Assembly: GCA_963772815.1 (NCBI GenBank)
Contig: CAVYYV010000003.1
Coordinates: 64,765 to 128,764, forward strand
DNA length: 64,000 nucleotides
Direction: 5' to 3'
Source of the DNA: an uncultured Acidimicrobiia bacterium
GTDB lineage: Bacteria; Actinomycetota; Acidimicrobiia; Spongiisociales; ZC4RG35
Position 1 is the first letter of the stretch. Every line of letters starts with the position of its first letter. Under the pieces are notes generated by a model, which was not told the origin of the DNA, did no database searches, and saw nothing but the letters and a program-made list of their open reading frames with translations. Position numbers and translations under genes: made by a program. Below are positions 10,797-21,087 of the stretch, piece after piece.

Positions 10797-11224
10797 GGCG
10801 TCGTTCGCCCCGGAGAATCCGACTCACAGGCTCGCTCGCACAGAATCCGCTGCCACCTCGGTGGCCGCTTGCACGGATGGAGGGCTGTGGACAATGCGGC
10901 TAGCCGCGTGGGCAGAACGCACCATCGCCGAAATCGACACCTGGACGACCTCAGGCCCTCCGATGAGAAGAACAAGAGGGGCTCGAGAAGATGGCCACAC
11001 TTCCAGTCGACCCCACTGAGTTCGTCCCGGGTGGGCGGCTCACCACCGATGAGTCTGTAGAGGGCCGGTCCGAGACAACGGCCACCGCCTCTCATCCTCC
11101 GCACCCGACGGCGTGAGGTTGAGCCGAGCAGATTTCGCTCGTCTCGAGGGCAGTGTGATGGAATGCAACGGCACCCACGACTCCAACAGGCCGCCCGAAC
11201 CCGCCCGGATGAGGGACAACCAGG

Positions 11225-11554
11225 TCACCCCGATGGTTGCTTCCAGCTCTGAACGGTCAGGGTGCGGCCCCGAACGGGATCGAAGTCGAGCAGACCCGTC
11301 ACCTCCACCGATTGCCCGAGATGAGTGGCCGCCGTCTCGGCCGGGAGGAGCAGGACCCGGTTCTGAGCGTCGTCTTCCAGTATGTATGAGGTGGTCCCGT
11401 CCGGCTCCTGGAAGGACGACACCGTGCCGCCGGTGGTCACCACCTGTCCGGTGTAACGGTCCTGTCGATTGACCAGGCGCTCCAGGGGAACGGTTGAACC
11501 GCTACAGGAGGCCACCAGCGCAACCACCAGGAAGGTCCCGAGCACCCGAGCCAT
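11225..11554 (-). CDS. small lipoprotein, unknown function
   Basis: MARVLGTFLVVALVASCSGS lipobox; the longer ORF-track start is an N-terminal extension. Confidence 0.5.
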   Translation of the reverse strand: MARVLGTFLVVALVASCSGSTVPLERLVNRQDRYTGQVVTTGGTVSSFQEPDGTTSYILEDDAQNRVLLLPAETAATHLGQSVEVTGLLDFDPVRGRTLTVQSWKQPSG

Positions 11555-11577
11555 GCCCGACGACGGCCGGCGCCTTC

Positions 11578-12684
11578 TCACGGCGCCCCTAGCTGTCGAA
11601 TCATGGTGGATAGGAGCTCCTCGTCGTCCGGGCCGGCCACCGGGATCGAGAACTCGACCCCACTGCATACGCCCGCAAACCGGTCCCGGACCTTGGCCGC
11701 TATCTCGTCGTAGGTGCCGACCACGGCAATCGCCTCGATCATCTCATCCGTCACGTGGCGCTCCATCTCATCCCACTCCTGGCGTCGCGACAGCACCGAG
11801 AGGTGTTCTGCCACCTCACCCCATCCGTGGGTGTCGAACACCGCCCGGTAGGTGCGGGTCGATGCGTAGAAGCTGATCCTGGCCCGGACATCGGACATGC
11901 GGCGTTCGACCGTCGCCTGGTCGGGCCCGGTGACGATGAGGGGACTGGCCACGACCTCCACCTCGGCCGGATCGCGACCCGCCTCGGCCGCGCCTCGCTC
12001 GATGGCGGGCCCGAGCACGCTCTCGATGTAAGCGCGGGTGCAGATCGGGTGGGGACGAACGCCGTCGGCGCTACGACCACCCACCCGCGCCATATGGGCG
12101 TTCACAGCCGCCAGATGTATGGGTATGTCGGGCCATTCGATAGGACCCGGGTCGAAAAGGGGGTTCATGAGCGTGAGGTCGTAGTGGTCTCCGTGGAAGT
12201 CGAGCCGGGCGCCGTTCTGCCATGTGTCCCAGACGGCCCGCACCGCCGCCACGTACTCCTCTATCCAGGGCCCGGGGGCGGACCATTCCATCCCGTAACG
12301 CCGCACGATGTGGCCCTTCACCTGAGTGCCGAGCCCGAGGACGAAGCGTCCCCGCGAGGCCCGCTGCAACGTCCAGGCCGTCATGGCGGCCGACGTGGGG
12401 CTGCGAGCGAAGGCAATGGCCACGGCGGTGGTGAGACGAATCTGTTGCGTGGCGGCGGCCGCAAGCGCCATGACGACGAAGGGGTCCTCCTTGGTCTCGG
12501 TCAGGGCCAGCCCATCGAACCCGAGCCGCTCCACCAGACGCGCATCCTCGGGGACCCGATCGACGGCCACCGGCCGATCGGCCTCCCGCAGCCCGGGATC
12601 GACCTTGCCGAGTGGGAGTTGAGTTTCGACGAGCATGAGGCCGATTGTGGCAGCCCCCGGGCGATCCTCACCCGGGGAAGCCAA
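11578..12684 (-). CDS. LLM-class (luciferase-like) F420/flavin-dependent oxidoreductase
   Basis: Luciferase-like monooxygenase fold sequence features; start could be 12636 or 12684. Confidence 0.75.
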   Translation of the reverse strand: MASPGEDRPGAATIGLMLVETQLPLGKVDPGLREADRPVAVDRVPEDARLVERLGFDGLALTETKEDPFVVMALAAAATQQIRLTTAVAIAFARSPTSAAMTAWTLQRASRGRFVLGLGTQVKGHIVRRYGMEWSAPGPWIEEYVAAVRAVWDTWQNGARLDFHGDHYDLTLMNPLFDPGPIEWPDIPIHLAAVNAHMARVGGRSADGVRPHPICTRAYIESVLGPAIERGAAEAGRDPAEVEVVASPLIVTGPDQATVERRMSDVRARISFYASTRTYRAVFDTHGWGEVAEHLSVLSRRQEWDEMERHVTDEMIEAIAVVGTYDEIAAKVRDRFAGVCSGVEFSIPVAGPDDEELLSTMIRQLGAP

Positions 12685-12715
12685 ATCACGAGCGCCTTAC
12701 GATCTGTGGTGGCAG

Positions 12716-13204
12716 ATGAACTACTTCGCCTACGGCTCCAACCTTCTCGCCGCCTGGCTGCGCAGGCCCAGCCGATGCCCATCGGCCGCCCCGATTGGCC
12801 CTGCCGTTCTCAGCGGCCACCGGTTGGTATGGAACAAGCCCGGAGCAGACGGGTCGGCCAAGCTCAACATCGCCCTCCACCAGCCGAGCCAGGTGTGGGG
12901 AGCCCTCTACCGGGTCGCCGACGAGGATCGCCCCGGCCTGACCGCCTCCGAGCCGGGATACGGCGAGTACCCGGTCCTGGTACGAAACCAGGTCCGTCAG
13001 GTGGAGGCGATCACCTTCCGGTGGCTCGAGCAGGAGGCTGACCCACCCCCGCCCTTCGACTGGTATGTGGCGATCGTCGTGGAAGGAGCCCGCCGTCAAG
13101 GGCTTCCCGATGGATGGATCGACAGCCTGGCGGTGGCCTCCCGGCCGGATCCCGATCACACTCGCCGGGCCGCCGGCCTCTCCTTTCTGACCATCCCCGA
13201 TTGA
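12716..13204 (+). CDS. gamma-glutamylcyclotransferase (AIG2/GGCT-like) family protein
   Basis: N-terminal MNYFAYGSNL signature. Confidence 0.7.
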   Translation: MNYFAYGSNLLAAWLRRPSRCPSAAPIGPAVLSGHRLVWNKPGADGSAKLNIALHQPSQVWGALYRVADEDRPGLTASEPGYGEYPVLVRNQVRQVEAITFRWLEQEADPPPPFDWYVAIVVEGARRQGLPDGWIDSLAVASRPDPDHTRRAAGLSFLTIPD

Positions 13205-13217
13205 GGCCGGTGCAGCG

Positions 13218-13955
13218 TCACTCCGGGCCGGGCGTGACCTCCTGGGCGGGGATCCGGTCCGGGTCATCCCGCCACACGAAGTAGGAGTAGGCGACGAGGT
13301 AGATAACACCGACGCCGATCAAGGCCAGCATCGCCCATATGGCCCACTCCCCACCTACGAAGGCTCCGATGATGGTCACCAGCCCGGCGAGGATGAAGAC
13401 CCGCCCGCCGGCCCGGTGGGTCTTCACCCACGAAAGCTTGCTGGACAGGGTCCAGGGGGTGCGGATCCCGGCGAACCAGTTGGGCCTGAATTTGCCCATG
13501 GCGCCGCCCAGGATGATGAACAGGACTCCAACTGCGCCCAGTATCAGGCTGGTCATGGGAACGCCCTCGGGATCCCCAATGGCGAGATTGGTAATCACAT
13601 AGAAATAGCCCAGGTAGAGCATCAGGACGACTCGCAACAGCATGTACGTCCCGGCGAAGCTCTCGTAATTGCGACGCGCCGGGTCGATCCGCGGAACGTA
13701 CTTGAGCAGGAAGTACAGCCCCAGCGACAGGATCGGGATGAGGAGCAGCCCCATGAACTTGCCCCCGTACCCGTCCACCTGGCCGGCGGCGTTCCAATGC
13801 ACGGGAATGCGGTCGGGCACCAATCCCCACCGGACGGCGGCAACGACGAACATGGCCGCCAGGATCGTCAGCTGCAACCCCTCCCAGAGCTTCCTGTGCT
13901 CAGCCACTACCCACCTCCTGTGAAGAGCCGACCGCGGTGCCGGAATGGTCGCCAC
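13218..13955 (-). CDS. SdpI/YhfL-family membrane protein with N-terminal DUF1648
   Basis: LVPDRIPVHWNAAGQVDGY (DUF1648) followed by four or more TM segments; overlaps an ArsR/SdpR-like gene. Confidence 0.7.
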   Translation of the reverse strand: MATIPAPRSALHRRWVVAEHRKLWEGLQLTILAAMFVVAAVRWGLVPDRIPVHWNAAGQVDGYGGKFMGLLLIPILSLGLYFLLKYVPRIDPARRNYESFAGTYMLLRVVLMLYLGYFYVITNLAIGDPEGVPMTSLILGAVGVLFIILGGAMGKFRPNWFAGIRTPWTLSSKLSWVKTHRAGGRVFILAGLVTIIGAFVGGEWAIWAMLALIGVGVIYLVAYSYFVWRDDPDRIPAQEVTPGPE

Positions 13956-14250
13956 GCCGTCGCTTTCCTTCTAAGAACGACATGACGGCGGAGACGACGT
14001 CGTCGAAGGCGGACATGTTGATCGAGTAGACGACGTTGTTGCGGCTTCGCTCCGACACGACCAGCCCGACGCCTTTCAAGACATTGAAATGACCCGACAT
14101 CGTCGATCGGGCCAGGTCGAAGTGCTCGGCCAACTCCCCGGCGGTCAGGTCGCCATCGCGGAGGAGTCGCAAAATCTCCCGACGGGTCGGGTCGGCCAGT
14201 GCCTTGAACGTGTCGTCAATGCCCATCAGTTTCGGTCTTTCGCCAAACAC
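13900..14250 (-). CDS. ArsR/SdpR-family transcriptional regulator
   Basis: LADPTRREILRLL...GELAE...STMSGHFNVLKGVGLV wHTH; start 14226 (ATG) or 14250 (GTG). Confidence 0.8.
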   Translation of the reverse strand: MFGERPKLMGIDDTFKALADPTRREILRLLRDGDLTAGELAEHFDLARSTMSGHFNVLKGVGLVVSERSRNNVVYSINMSAFDDVVSAVMSFLEGKRRRGDHSGTAVGSSQEVGSG

Positions 14251-14377
14251 CGTAATGGTACATCCGAGGGTGACACATGTACACCACTTCCGAAGGCGTT
14301 ATTTTCGGGTCCAGGAATCCGAACGGAGACGTCTTGAGTCGAAACCTTCCCCGGCCATCCCCCTCGCCGACACTGCC

Positions 14378-14656
14378 ATGAGAGCCACCACTCGAAGAGG
14401 CCTGGCGATGATCATGCTGTTGGGCGGGGTGGTGCTGGTGGTGCCGGGCCTATTGGGCATCAAGTGGTATGTGTGGGACATCGCCGTATCCCAGACGGGT
14501 CAGCCCGATCGTTCCATGTTGTTTTGGGGACTGCCGATTCTATTCCTCGCTTTCGGATCGATTGCCGTCGGTGGCCTACTGGGATGGGCCGGACGTAGGC
14601 TGGCCAGACGCCGACCCGGTGGCCGGTCCGAACCGAAAACCGGAGCCGACCCGTGA
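14378..14656 (+). CDS. small membrane protein, hypothetical
   Basis: MRATTRRGLAMIMLLGGVVLVVPG... two TM helices; ORF-track start 14204 is probably an extension. Confidence 0.35.
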   Translation: MRATTRRGLAMIMLLGGVVLVVPGLLGIKWYVWDIAVSQTGQPDRSMLFWGLPILFLAFGSIAVGGLLGWAGRRLARRRPGGRSEPKTGADP

Positions 14657-15307
14657 GCCGCCTGATCGACCTGTCCCACACCATCGAGCCCGGCATGACA
14701 ACCTACCCGGGATTGCCCGGGCCCGTCATCAGCGACCATCTCAGCCGGGAGGAGTCGCGCTCCCACTATGCCCCGGGAACCGAGTTCCACATCGGTCGGA
14801 TCGAGATGGTGGCCAATACGGGTACGTACCTGGACACTCCCGCCCATCGCTACGCCGACGGCCCGGACCTGTCAGGGACCAGTCTGGATCAAATGGCCGA
14901 CCTGGGGGGCCTGTGCCTTGCGGCTCCGGGGCCCGGGATCGGGCCCAACGTGTTGGGCGACAACTCGCCGGCCGGCCGCGCCGTTCTCTTCCACACCGGC
15001 TGGGACGTGTACTGGCGGACACACGAATACGGGTCGGAGAGTCATCCATTTCTGGAAGCGGCGACGGTCGAAGCGCTGATCGAAGCCGATGCCGCGCTGG
15101 TTGGCATCGACTCGGTCAACATCGACGACAGGGGGTGAGCGACCCGCCCATACTCGGCTCCTCGCCACCGGTGTGCCCATCGTGGAGCACCTGACCGGGC
15201 TCTCCGCTCTGGTCGGTCGGGAGTTCCGGTTCTTCGCCGTACCGCCCAAGGTGGCCGGTCTGGGTACATTCCCCGTACGCGCTTTCGCCCTGATCGAGGA
15301 CGACTAG
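14653..15307 (+). CDS. cyclase-family protein (kynurenine formamidase-like) with an apparent +1 frameshift at the G5 run 15131-15135
   Basis: N-part ...GIDSVNIDDRG* in one frame; conserved C-part ERPAHTRLLATGVPIVEHLTGL...FRFFAVPPKVAGLGTFPVRAFA in the next; removing one G joins them. The stop TAG is abutted by the IS left inverted repeat. Confidence 0.65.
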
Positions 15308-17070
15308 AAGGCTGTTGAACAACTCGGGTTAGGGGGCCCTGAGTGTTGCTGCGTCACTGGCCATGGGCCTGGTTTCGGGTTCTGTCGGCGTCACGGGTGA
15401 CGTGATCTGCGATTCCAGCGGTTCTTGTCGCAGGGTGAGCTAGATGGTTCAGGCGGGATTGCTGGATTGGGTCAGCCGGTGAGGGCCCAGGTGGTGCCGT
15501 CGTGGTTGAGTCCGAGGTTGACGAGCCGTCTCAGGTTGATGGCGGCGACGCGGAGGGCGAGTTGGCCTCGGTTGGCTTCGACTCCCCGGTATCGGAGACG
15601 CCGGTGGTGTTTGCCGACCAGCCAGGCGATGGACCGTTCCACCATGGGCCGGAACTGTCGGTAGTCGTCGGTGAACTCGCCGGCTGCCCATGCTCGACGG
15701 GCAGCGACCAGCTCGGCGTCGTGTGTCGAGATATTTAGAACCCGTCCGCCTTTGGCGGTGGTGCATCGGCTTTGGAGGGGACAGCCGAGGCAGTGTTTTC
15801 CGAAACTGGCGGAGCCTTTGGCGGCGATGTGGACTGTGTGTCCTCCCGGGCAGGTGACGGTGCGGTTGTCGTGGTCGACACAGAAGTCGTCTCGGGTGAG
15901 CCCTCCTTCGATTCTGGGACGGGCCAGCGGGATGGGTTTGATCGCCAGGTCGTGTCCCGCCTCCCGGATCCGGGCTCTTGTTTCTCCCGACCCGTAGGCG
16001 GAGTCGGCCAGCACCTGAAGACCCGGTTCCTCACCTTCCAGCAGCTCCAATCCGGTGGGTCCGTCGCCGGCGTTGGCTGGGGTGAGCTGAGAGGCGGTGA
16101 CGATCCCTGTTTCAGGTTCGACCGCGACATGCGCCTTGTAGCCGTCCCGGTATTGGCTGGTCGACTTGTGCATATGACGGGCCTCAGGGTCGACCGTGGA
16201 GATCACCCCGTCCGCGACGGTGCCTTCGGTGATCCGCCAGGTGCCCTCAGTGTCGCCGGGTTCGACATCCTGGCCAGAAACCAACGCCAACAATCCCACC
16301 GCATCAGCCTGATCCTCGGTGAGATCGACTCCTTCCAACGCTGTGATCAGGGCCAGAGCATCGTTGACCAGGGCAGACACCAGAGCGGCCTTCGCTTCGG
16401 GGTCGTCCCAAGCGCACACCGGCTTGCCTGAAGTGTCGTAATCATGCGCCGACACCACCACTGCGGCGGCTTCGGGGATGAGACGACGCACCCGGCGGAT
16501 CTGAGATACCAGTTGGGTGACCGTGTCCTGGGTGGCCACCGCATCATCCAAAAGCGTCGAATCCAACGCCCTGCGACGTCTCCCCGCCAACACACCCGTC
16601 GCCTCCACCACCTCGGTGACCGTCTCACGGATCCGATCGGGACGCTCCGATCCGGCCAGCCGCTGCCGCCAATAGGTGAACACCGTGTAATGAGGACCCT
16701 CATCGTCGAGAGCCAGCCCACAGGCCACCTTCCAACGGATATCACAGCGGAGAGCATCAGCCGCCTCCCGATCCGACAGGCCCTCCAACTCCTTGAGGAT
16801 CATCGCCGAGGCCATCACATCCACCGGAATCGAGGGACGTCCCCGACCCGACGGAAACAAGTCCGAGAACATCACATCGGGAAACAGCTCAGCCCGATGG
16901 TCGGCCAAAAACGCATAGACCGACCCCTCCGAGACCAGCTGCCGACACAACGCCGCCGCATCCAACAACATCCGCTCCGGTCGAGAAGAACCCTGCATAC
17001 GCTACATTCTCCCAAACCACGCTCGCGATCGCGAGCACCAAATCAGCGATTAAATCAACAGCCTTCTAGG
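15304..17070 (-). mobile_element. IS1182-family insertion sequence (~1.77 kb) with 15-bp perfect terminal inverted repeats
   Basis: IRL CTAGAAGGCTGTTGA at 15304-15318; IRR TCAACAGCCTTCTAG at 17056-17070; a single intact 508-aa transposase ORF inside. Confidence 0.8.
15472..16998 (-). CDS. IS1182-family (IS5 superfamily) DDE transposase
   Basis: N-terminal DUF772-like region (LKELEGLSDREAADALRCDIRWKVACGL) and C-terminal DDE region (CPGGHTV...GKHCLGCPLQSRCTTAKGGRVLNISTHDAEL...RSIAWL...RYRGVEANRGQLALRVAAINLRRL). Confidence 0.9.
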   Translation of the reverse strand: MQGSSRPERMLLDAAALCRQLVSEGSVYAFLADHRAELFPDVMFSDLFPSGRGRPSIPVDVMASAMILKELEGLSDREAADALRCDIRWKVACGLALDDEGPHYTVFTYWRQRLAGSERPDRIRETVTEVVEATGVLAGRRRRALDSTLLDDAVATQDTVTQLVSQIRRVRRLIPEAAAVVVSAHDYDTSGKPVCAWDDPEAKAALVSALVNDALALITALEGVDLTEDQADAVGLLALVSGQDVEPGDTEGTWRITEGTVADGVISTVDPEARHMHKSTSQYRDGYKAHVAVEPETGIVTASQLTPANAGDGPTGLELLEGEEPGLQVLADSAYGSGETRARIREAGHDLAIKPIPLARPRIEGGLTRDDFCVDHDNRTVTCPGGHTVHIAAKGSASFGKHCLGCPLQSRCTTAKGGRVLNISTHDAELVAARRAWAAGEFTDDYRQFRPMVERSIAWLVGKHHRRLRYRGVEANRGQLALRVAAINLRRLVNLGLNHDGTTWALTG

Positions 17071-17253
17071 AGTCTGCTGGATAATGCCGTTGCTCGGATT
17101 GGCGGCCAGGCGCGCCAGCCGCAAGGCCGAGGTTTCGCCACTCCTTGTGCCGGAATGGCGGGGCCGAGAACGCAGCGGGTGTCGATGCACGGTCGTCAAG
17201 ATGGGTGAGATGCATTGTTCAAGGGGCTCCAAGTAGGGAGATAGCCTGGTCTC

Positions 17254-17645
17254 GTGCCCTACGTGGATCCGATCGAGGAACAGATCCAGGAGGCGATCGC
17301 CGGGAATTCGACGATCTTCCCGGAGCGGGGCATCCCCTGCGCATCAAGGACACACGGCCCGGCTGGTGGGCGCGGCGCAAGGTTGCGGAACTGAAGGTGC
17401 AAGACGATCTCGAAGAGCTGGCCCGTAAGGTCCAGCGCCTCGATGACGGTCTTTGCCTCCTGCCCGACGAAGAGGCGGTTAAACGGCAGGTCAAAGCCAT
17501 CAACCGCCGGATCGCGGCCATCAATTCCCGCCTGGCCTCAGACGACCCGTTCGAGCCACTCGACTCCGAGCGTCTCGTCCGCACCTGGGGCAAGATGTAC
17601 CGGGCCCGCCCTTCCCCACTCCGTAGGCGACGAAGGAGCAAATGA
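17254..17645 (+). CDS. DUF1992 (DnaJ-C28-like) protein with an apparent frameshift at GGG 17302-17304
   Basis: VPYVDPIEEQIQEAIAG in one frame, then EFDDLPGAGHPLRIKD...PFEPLDSERL in the next; inserting one G joins them. Confidence 0.55.
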
Positions 17646-17712
17646 AGACGGGGCAAGGGGGTGCTGTACCTCCGGTACAGTGAGGGGCCATCCCGCTGGA
17701 GCCTGAAGAGCG

Positions 17713-18492
17713 ATGACCGACTCACCACGCCTGCTCGTCCTGGCCGACGACGGCACACCCCCTTCCACCACCGCCTGGATCTGGCTGACCCAGCAACCGT
17801 GGAAGGCCTGGCGGATCGCGGTGATGACCGCCGACGAGACGGCGATCGAATGGGGCCGGCCGGCCGAGGTCGTCGAATGGACTCCCGACTGGGAACGGCT
17901 GCCTGAGGCCATTCCGGGTGCAGCGATGAGCTTCCTCCACGTCAACGCCGACCCCCGCGCCATGCTCGCCGAGCGGGAGGATGCCGACCTGATCGTGGTC
18001 GGGATGCGGGCGGAGAGCCACCTGGAAGCGGTCGTCTCGGGGAGCACCACCGAGTGGCTGCTGCATCACCCGCCTGCCCCCCTGGTGGTGGTGAGCCGGT
18101 CCGGGGCGGTTCGCAACGTGTCGGTATGTGTGGATGGCTCCACCCACGCACTGGCTGCCCTCGACAGCTTTCTGGCCTTGCCGCTTTCGGTCGACACCAA
18201 GGTGACGTTGCTCTCGATCGCAGACGGGCGCGTGAACGCCAAAGCGGCGGTGGAGCAAGCTCGAGCACGACTGAAGGACGAGCCAGTCACAGTGCGCGCC
18301 ACCATCGCCCTGGGCCGACCCACTCCGGCCATACTCGACCACATCGCCACCCACACCCCCGACCTGGTGGTCATGGGCACGAGGGGACTGACCGGATGGC
18401 AGAGGCTGCGGCTGGGCTCGACCGCCTCGGCCGTGGTCCGATCTGCCAAGACGACCTCCCTGGTGGCCTCCGAGCCGACCGTCAACGGTTGA
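17713..18492 (+). CDS. tandem-domain universal stress protein
   Basis: Two UspA-like halves (...DLIVVGMRAES..., ...DLVVMGTRGLTGWQRLRLGSTASAVV). Confidence 0.8.
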   Translation: MTDSPRLLVLADDGTPPSTTAWIWLTQQPWKAWRIAVMTADETAIEWGRPAEVVEWTPDWERLPEAIPGAAMSFLHVNADPRAMLAEREDADLIVVGMRAESHLEAVVSGSTTEWLLHHPPAPLVVVSRSGAVRNVSVCVDGSTHALAALDSFLALPLSVDTKVTLLSIADGRVNAKAAVEQARARLKDEPVTVRATIALGRPTPAILDHIATHTPDLVVMGTRGLTGWQRLRLGSTASAVVRSAKTTSLVASEPTVNG

Positions 18493-18502
18493 GAGTGTCC
18501 GC

Positions 18503-19499
18503 GTGACAACCACCGTGATCTGGGCGACGCCGGCACTTGCGGCCGCCAACGCCCAGAGCGGGTTTGCCGATTTCACCGTGCCCGGGTGGGCCTGGGCAGC
18601 GTTCATCGCCGGCATAAGCGGCCTGCTCGTGTTCGACTTGCTAGTCCTCCATCGCAGGCCTCACGTGATCAGCCTGCGCGAGGCGGCCATCGAATCCAGC
18701 GTGTGGATCAGCATCGGGCTGGGATTCGCCGTCGTGATGCTGGTGTGGCACGGGGGGGCAGCGGCGGGTGAGTACCTGGCGGGGTACCTGGTCGAGGAGA
18801 GTCTCTCGGTCGACAACGTGTTCGTGTGGGCAGTGATTCTGGGCTATTTCGCGGTGCCACGCCGAATACCAGTTCCGGGTCCTGTTCTGGGGCATCTTCG
18901 GGGCCCTGATACTACGTGCCGCCTTCATCTTCGCCGGAGTGGCGCTGATCCAAAACTTCGATTGGATCCTCTACGTGTTCGGAGGATTCCTCATCTTCAC
19001 CGCCATCCGGATCGCCCGCCATGAAGACGTGGAGGTGCATCCCGAGACCAACCCGGTTCTGAAGGTGATGCGGCGAATAATCCCGTCGACCACCGACTAT
19101 GACGGCCAGAAGCTGTTCACGACTCGGAGTGGACGGCTTCTCGCCACCCCACTGTTCGCAGTCCTGATCCTGATCGAAACGACCGACGTACTTTTCGCGG
19201 TCGACTCGATACCGGCCGTGCTGGCCGTCAGCCGACATCCTTTCATCGTCTTCACCTCCAACGCGTTCGCCATCATGGGACTGAGGGCCCTCTACTTCCT
19301 CCTGGCCGGGATGGCGGGGCGATTCCGCTATCTCAACCTGGGGATCGGAGTCATCCTCGGTTTCGTCGGCTTGAAGATGATCGCCACCGAGTGGTACCAC
19401 CTCCCCACCTGGGCCAGCCTGGTGGTCATAGTGGTGGTGCTGATAGTCACGGTGGTGGCCTCCCTCTACGCCGAGCGAAAGGAAGCTCCTTCAGGCTGA
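18503..19499 (+). CDS. TerC-family integral membrane protein with an apparent frameshift near 18858-18864
   Basis: EESLSVDNVFVWAVILGYFAVP (frame 1) continues as EYQFRVLFWGIFGALILRAAFIFAGVALIQNFDWILYVFGGFL (frame 2); both are canonical TerC motifs. Confidence 0.75.
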
Positions 19500-19537
19500 G
19501 GGTTGAGTTGGCGCGGGGCCGGTGACCCACCCACGCC

Positions 19538-19591
19538 GGAGGTCCGGGAGCGCATTGGCGTACCTCCTCCCGATCCAAGGATCGGACCTCC
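19538..19591 (+). terminator. compound hairpin downstream of the TerC gene
   Basis: GGAGGTCCG ... CGATCCAAGGATCG GACCTCC nested inverted repeats. Confidence 0.3.
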
Positions 19592-19649
19592 TATCCGCCG
19601 TTCTTGCGCTCTCGGACTCCCCCGCCAACCCCGTTAGTGTCAGCACCTG

Positions 19650-21032
19650 ATGCCCGCCACCGCCTCCTCCCGGCTGATAGTTGCCGCCAACCGACTGCCG
19701 GTTAGGTGGGATGAGGAGACGCAGTCCTGGATCACCAGCCCCGGCGGCCTGGTATCGGCTCTGGCCCCGGTCCTGCAGGAACGGGGCGGCGTGTGGGTGG
19801 GGTGGAACGGCACCGCTGGTGGAAGAGGCGAGCGATTCGAAGCCGCGGGCATCGTCAACCAGCCGGTGACGCTGGAACCCGAGGAGATCGAGAACCACTA
19901 CGACGGTTTCTGCAACGGCACCATATGGCCCCTCTACCACGATGCCATCCGCCCACCCGAGTACCATCGCCACTGGTGGCGTCCCCATCGACAGGTCAAC
20001 CAGCGTTTCGCCGACACCGTGGCCGACGTGTTCGAGCCCAATGACCTGATATGGGTGCACGATTACCAGCTCCAGCTCGTGCCGGGAATGGTCCGTGACT
20101 TGATACCCGGGGCGAGAATCGGCTTCTTCCTGCACATCCCTTTTCCTCCGCCGGAGATCTTCGAGCGCCTCCCCTGGCGTCACTCCATCGTCGATGGGTT
20201 GCTGGGGGCCGACTACATCGGCTTCCAGACCAGGCGCGCAGCCCTCAACTTCGCCGCCGCGGCGCGGGAATTCTCGGGGGCCAAAGGGCCGGCCGGTGCC
20301 CTGCGGCTCGACGGGCGTCACATCCGGGCTGAGGCGGTGCCGATATCGATCGAGACCGAGCGGTATGCGGCAGCAGCCGCCCGGCCGGAAGCCCAGCGGG
20401 TGGCAGCCGAGCTCCGGACCGACCTGGGTGATCCCGAGACCATCATCCTGGGTGTGGACCGACTCGACTACACGAAGGGAATCGACTTGCGTCTCCGGGC
20501 CATCGAGACCCTATTCGACGACCATCCCGAGCTGCATGGACGGGCCTCGTTCGTCCAGGTGGCCGTTCCAAGCCGGGAGGACGTCGACGAGTATCAGGAG
20601 ATCCGGCGGCGTGTGGAAGAGCTGGTGGGCAGGGTCAACGGACGCTTCGGCCGAGCCGGTTGGCTGCCGGTCCATTACATGTTCCGCTCGCTCCCCTTCG
20701 AAGAGCTGATCGGGGCCTACGTTGCCGCCGACGTCATGTTGGTCACGCCCCTACGAGACGGGATGAACCTCGTCGCCAAGGAGTACGTGGCCACCCGGCT
20801 GAACGACTCGGGCGTGCTGATCCTGAGCGAATTCGCCGGAGCCGCCGAGCGTCTCGACGATGCCCTCCTGGTCAACCCTTATCACCTCGATGCCCTGGCG
20901 GAGACGATTGCCCGGGCGGTGGACATGAGCGCCCAGGAACAACAGGACAGGATGCGGCGCCTCCGGCGCGTCGTGCAGCGCTGGAACGTGCACGACTGGG
21001 CCCACCACAACCTCGAGGCCATCGCAGGATGA
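19650..21032 (+). CDS. otsA: alpha,alpha-trehalose-phosphate synthase (GT20)
   Basis: [10 protein letters not shown]...[11 protein letters not shown]...VWVGW...[11 protein letters not shown]...GFFLHIPFP... family hallmarks. Confidence 0.9.
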   Translation: MPATASSRLIVAANRLPVRWDEETQSWITSPGGLVSALAPVLQERGGVWVGWNGTAGGRGERFEAAGIVNQPVTLEPEEIENHYDGFCNGTIWPLYHDAIRPPEYHRHWWRPHRQVNQRFADTVADVFEPNDLIWVHDYQLQLVPGMVRDLIPGARIGFFLHIPFPPPEIFERLPWRHSIVDGLLGADYIGFQTRRAALNFAAAAREFSGAKGPAGALRLDGRHIRAEAVPISIETERYAAAAARPEAQRVAAELRTDLGDPETIILGVDRLDYTKGIDLRLRAIETLFDDHPELHGRASFVQVAVPSREDVDEYQEIRRRVEELVGRVNGRFGRAGWLPVHYMFRSLPFEELIGAYVAADVMLVTPLRDGMNLVAKEYVATRLNDSGVLILSEFAGAAERLDDALLVNPYHLDALAETIARAVDMSAQEQQDRMRRLRRVVQRWNVHDWAHHNLEAIAG

Positions 21033-21087
21033 TCGGAGAGGAGCTGCACCTCGGCCGCCAACCAGGAACAGCGAGGGCGGGCTGATC

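Noticed and set aside
11755-13041. 428-aa plus-strand ORF
   Set aside because: Antisense to the LLM oxidoreductase and overlapping the GGCT gene. The Arg/Gly/Pro-rich composition is typical of GC-rich out-of-frame reading.
17050-17253. Short ORFs between the IS right end and the DUF1992 gene
   Set aside because: No coding signal. This is likely just an IS-flanking spacer.
21033-21087. Searched for an actinobacterial LexA/SOS box upstream of the SRAP gene
   Set aside because: Only a single GAAC half-site was seen, with no GTTC partner at the right spacing.
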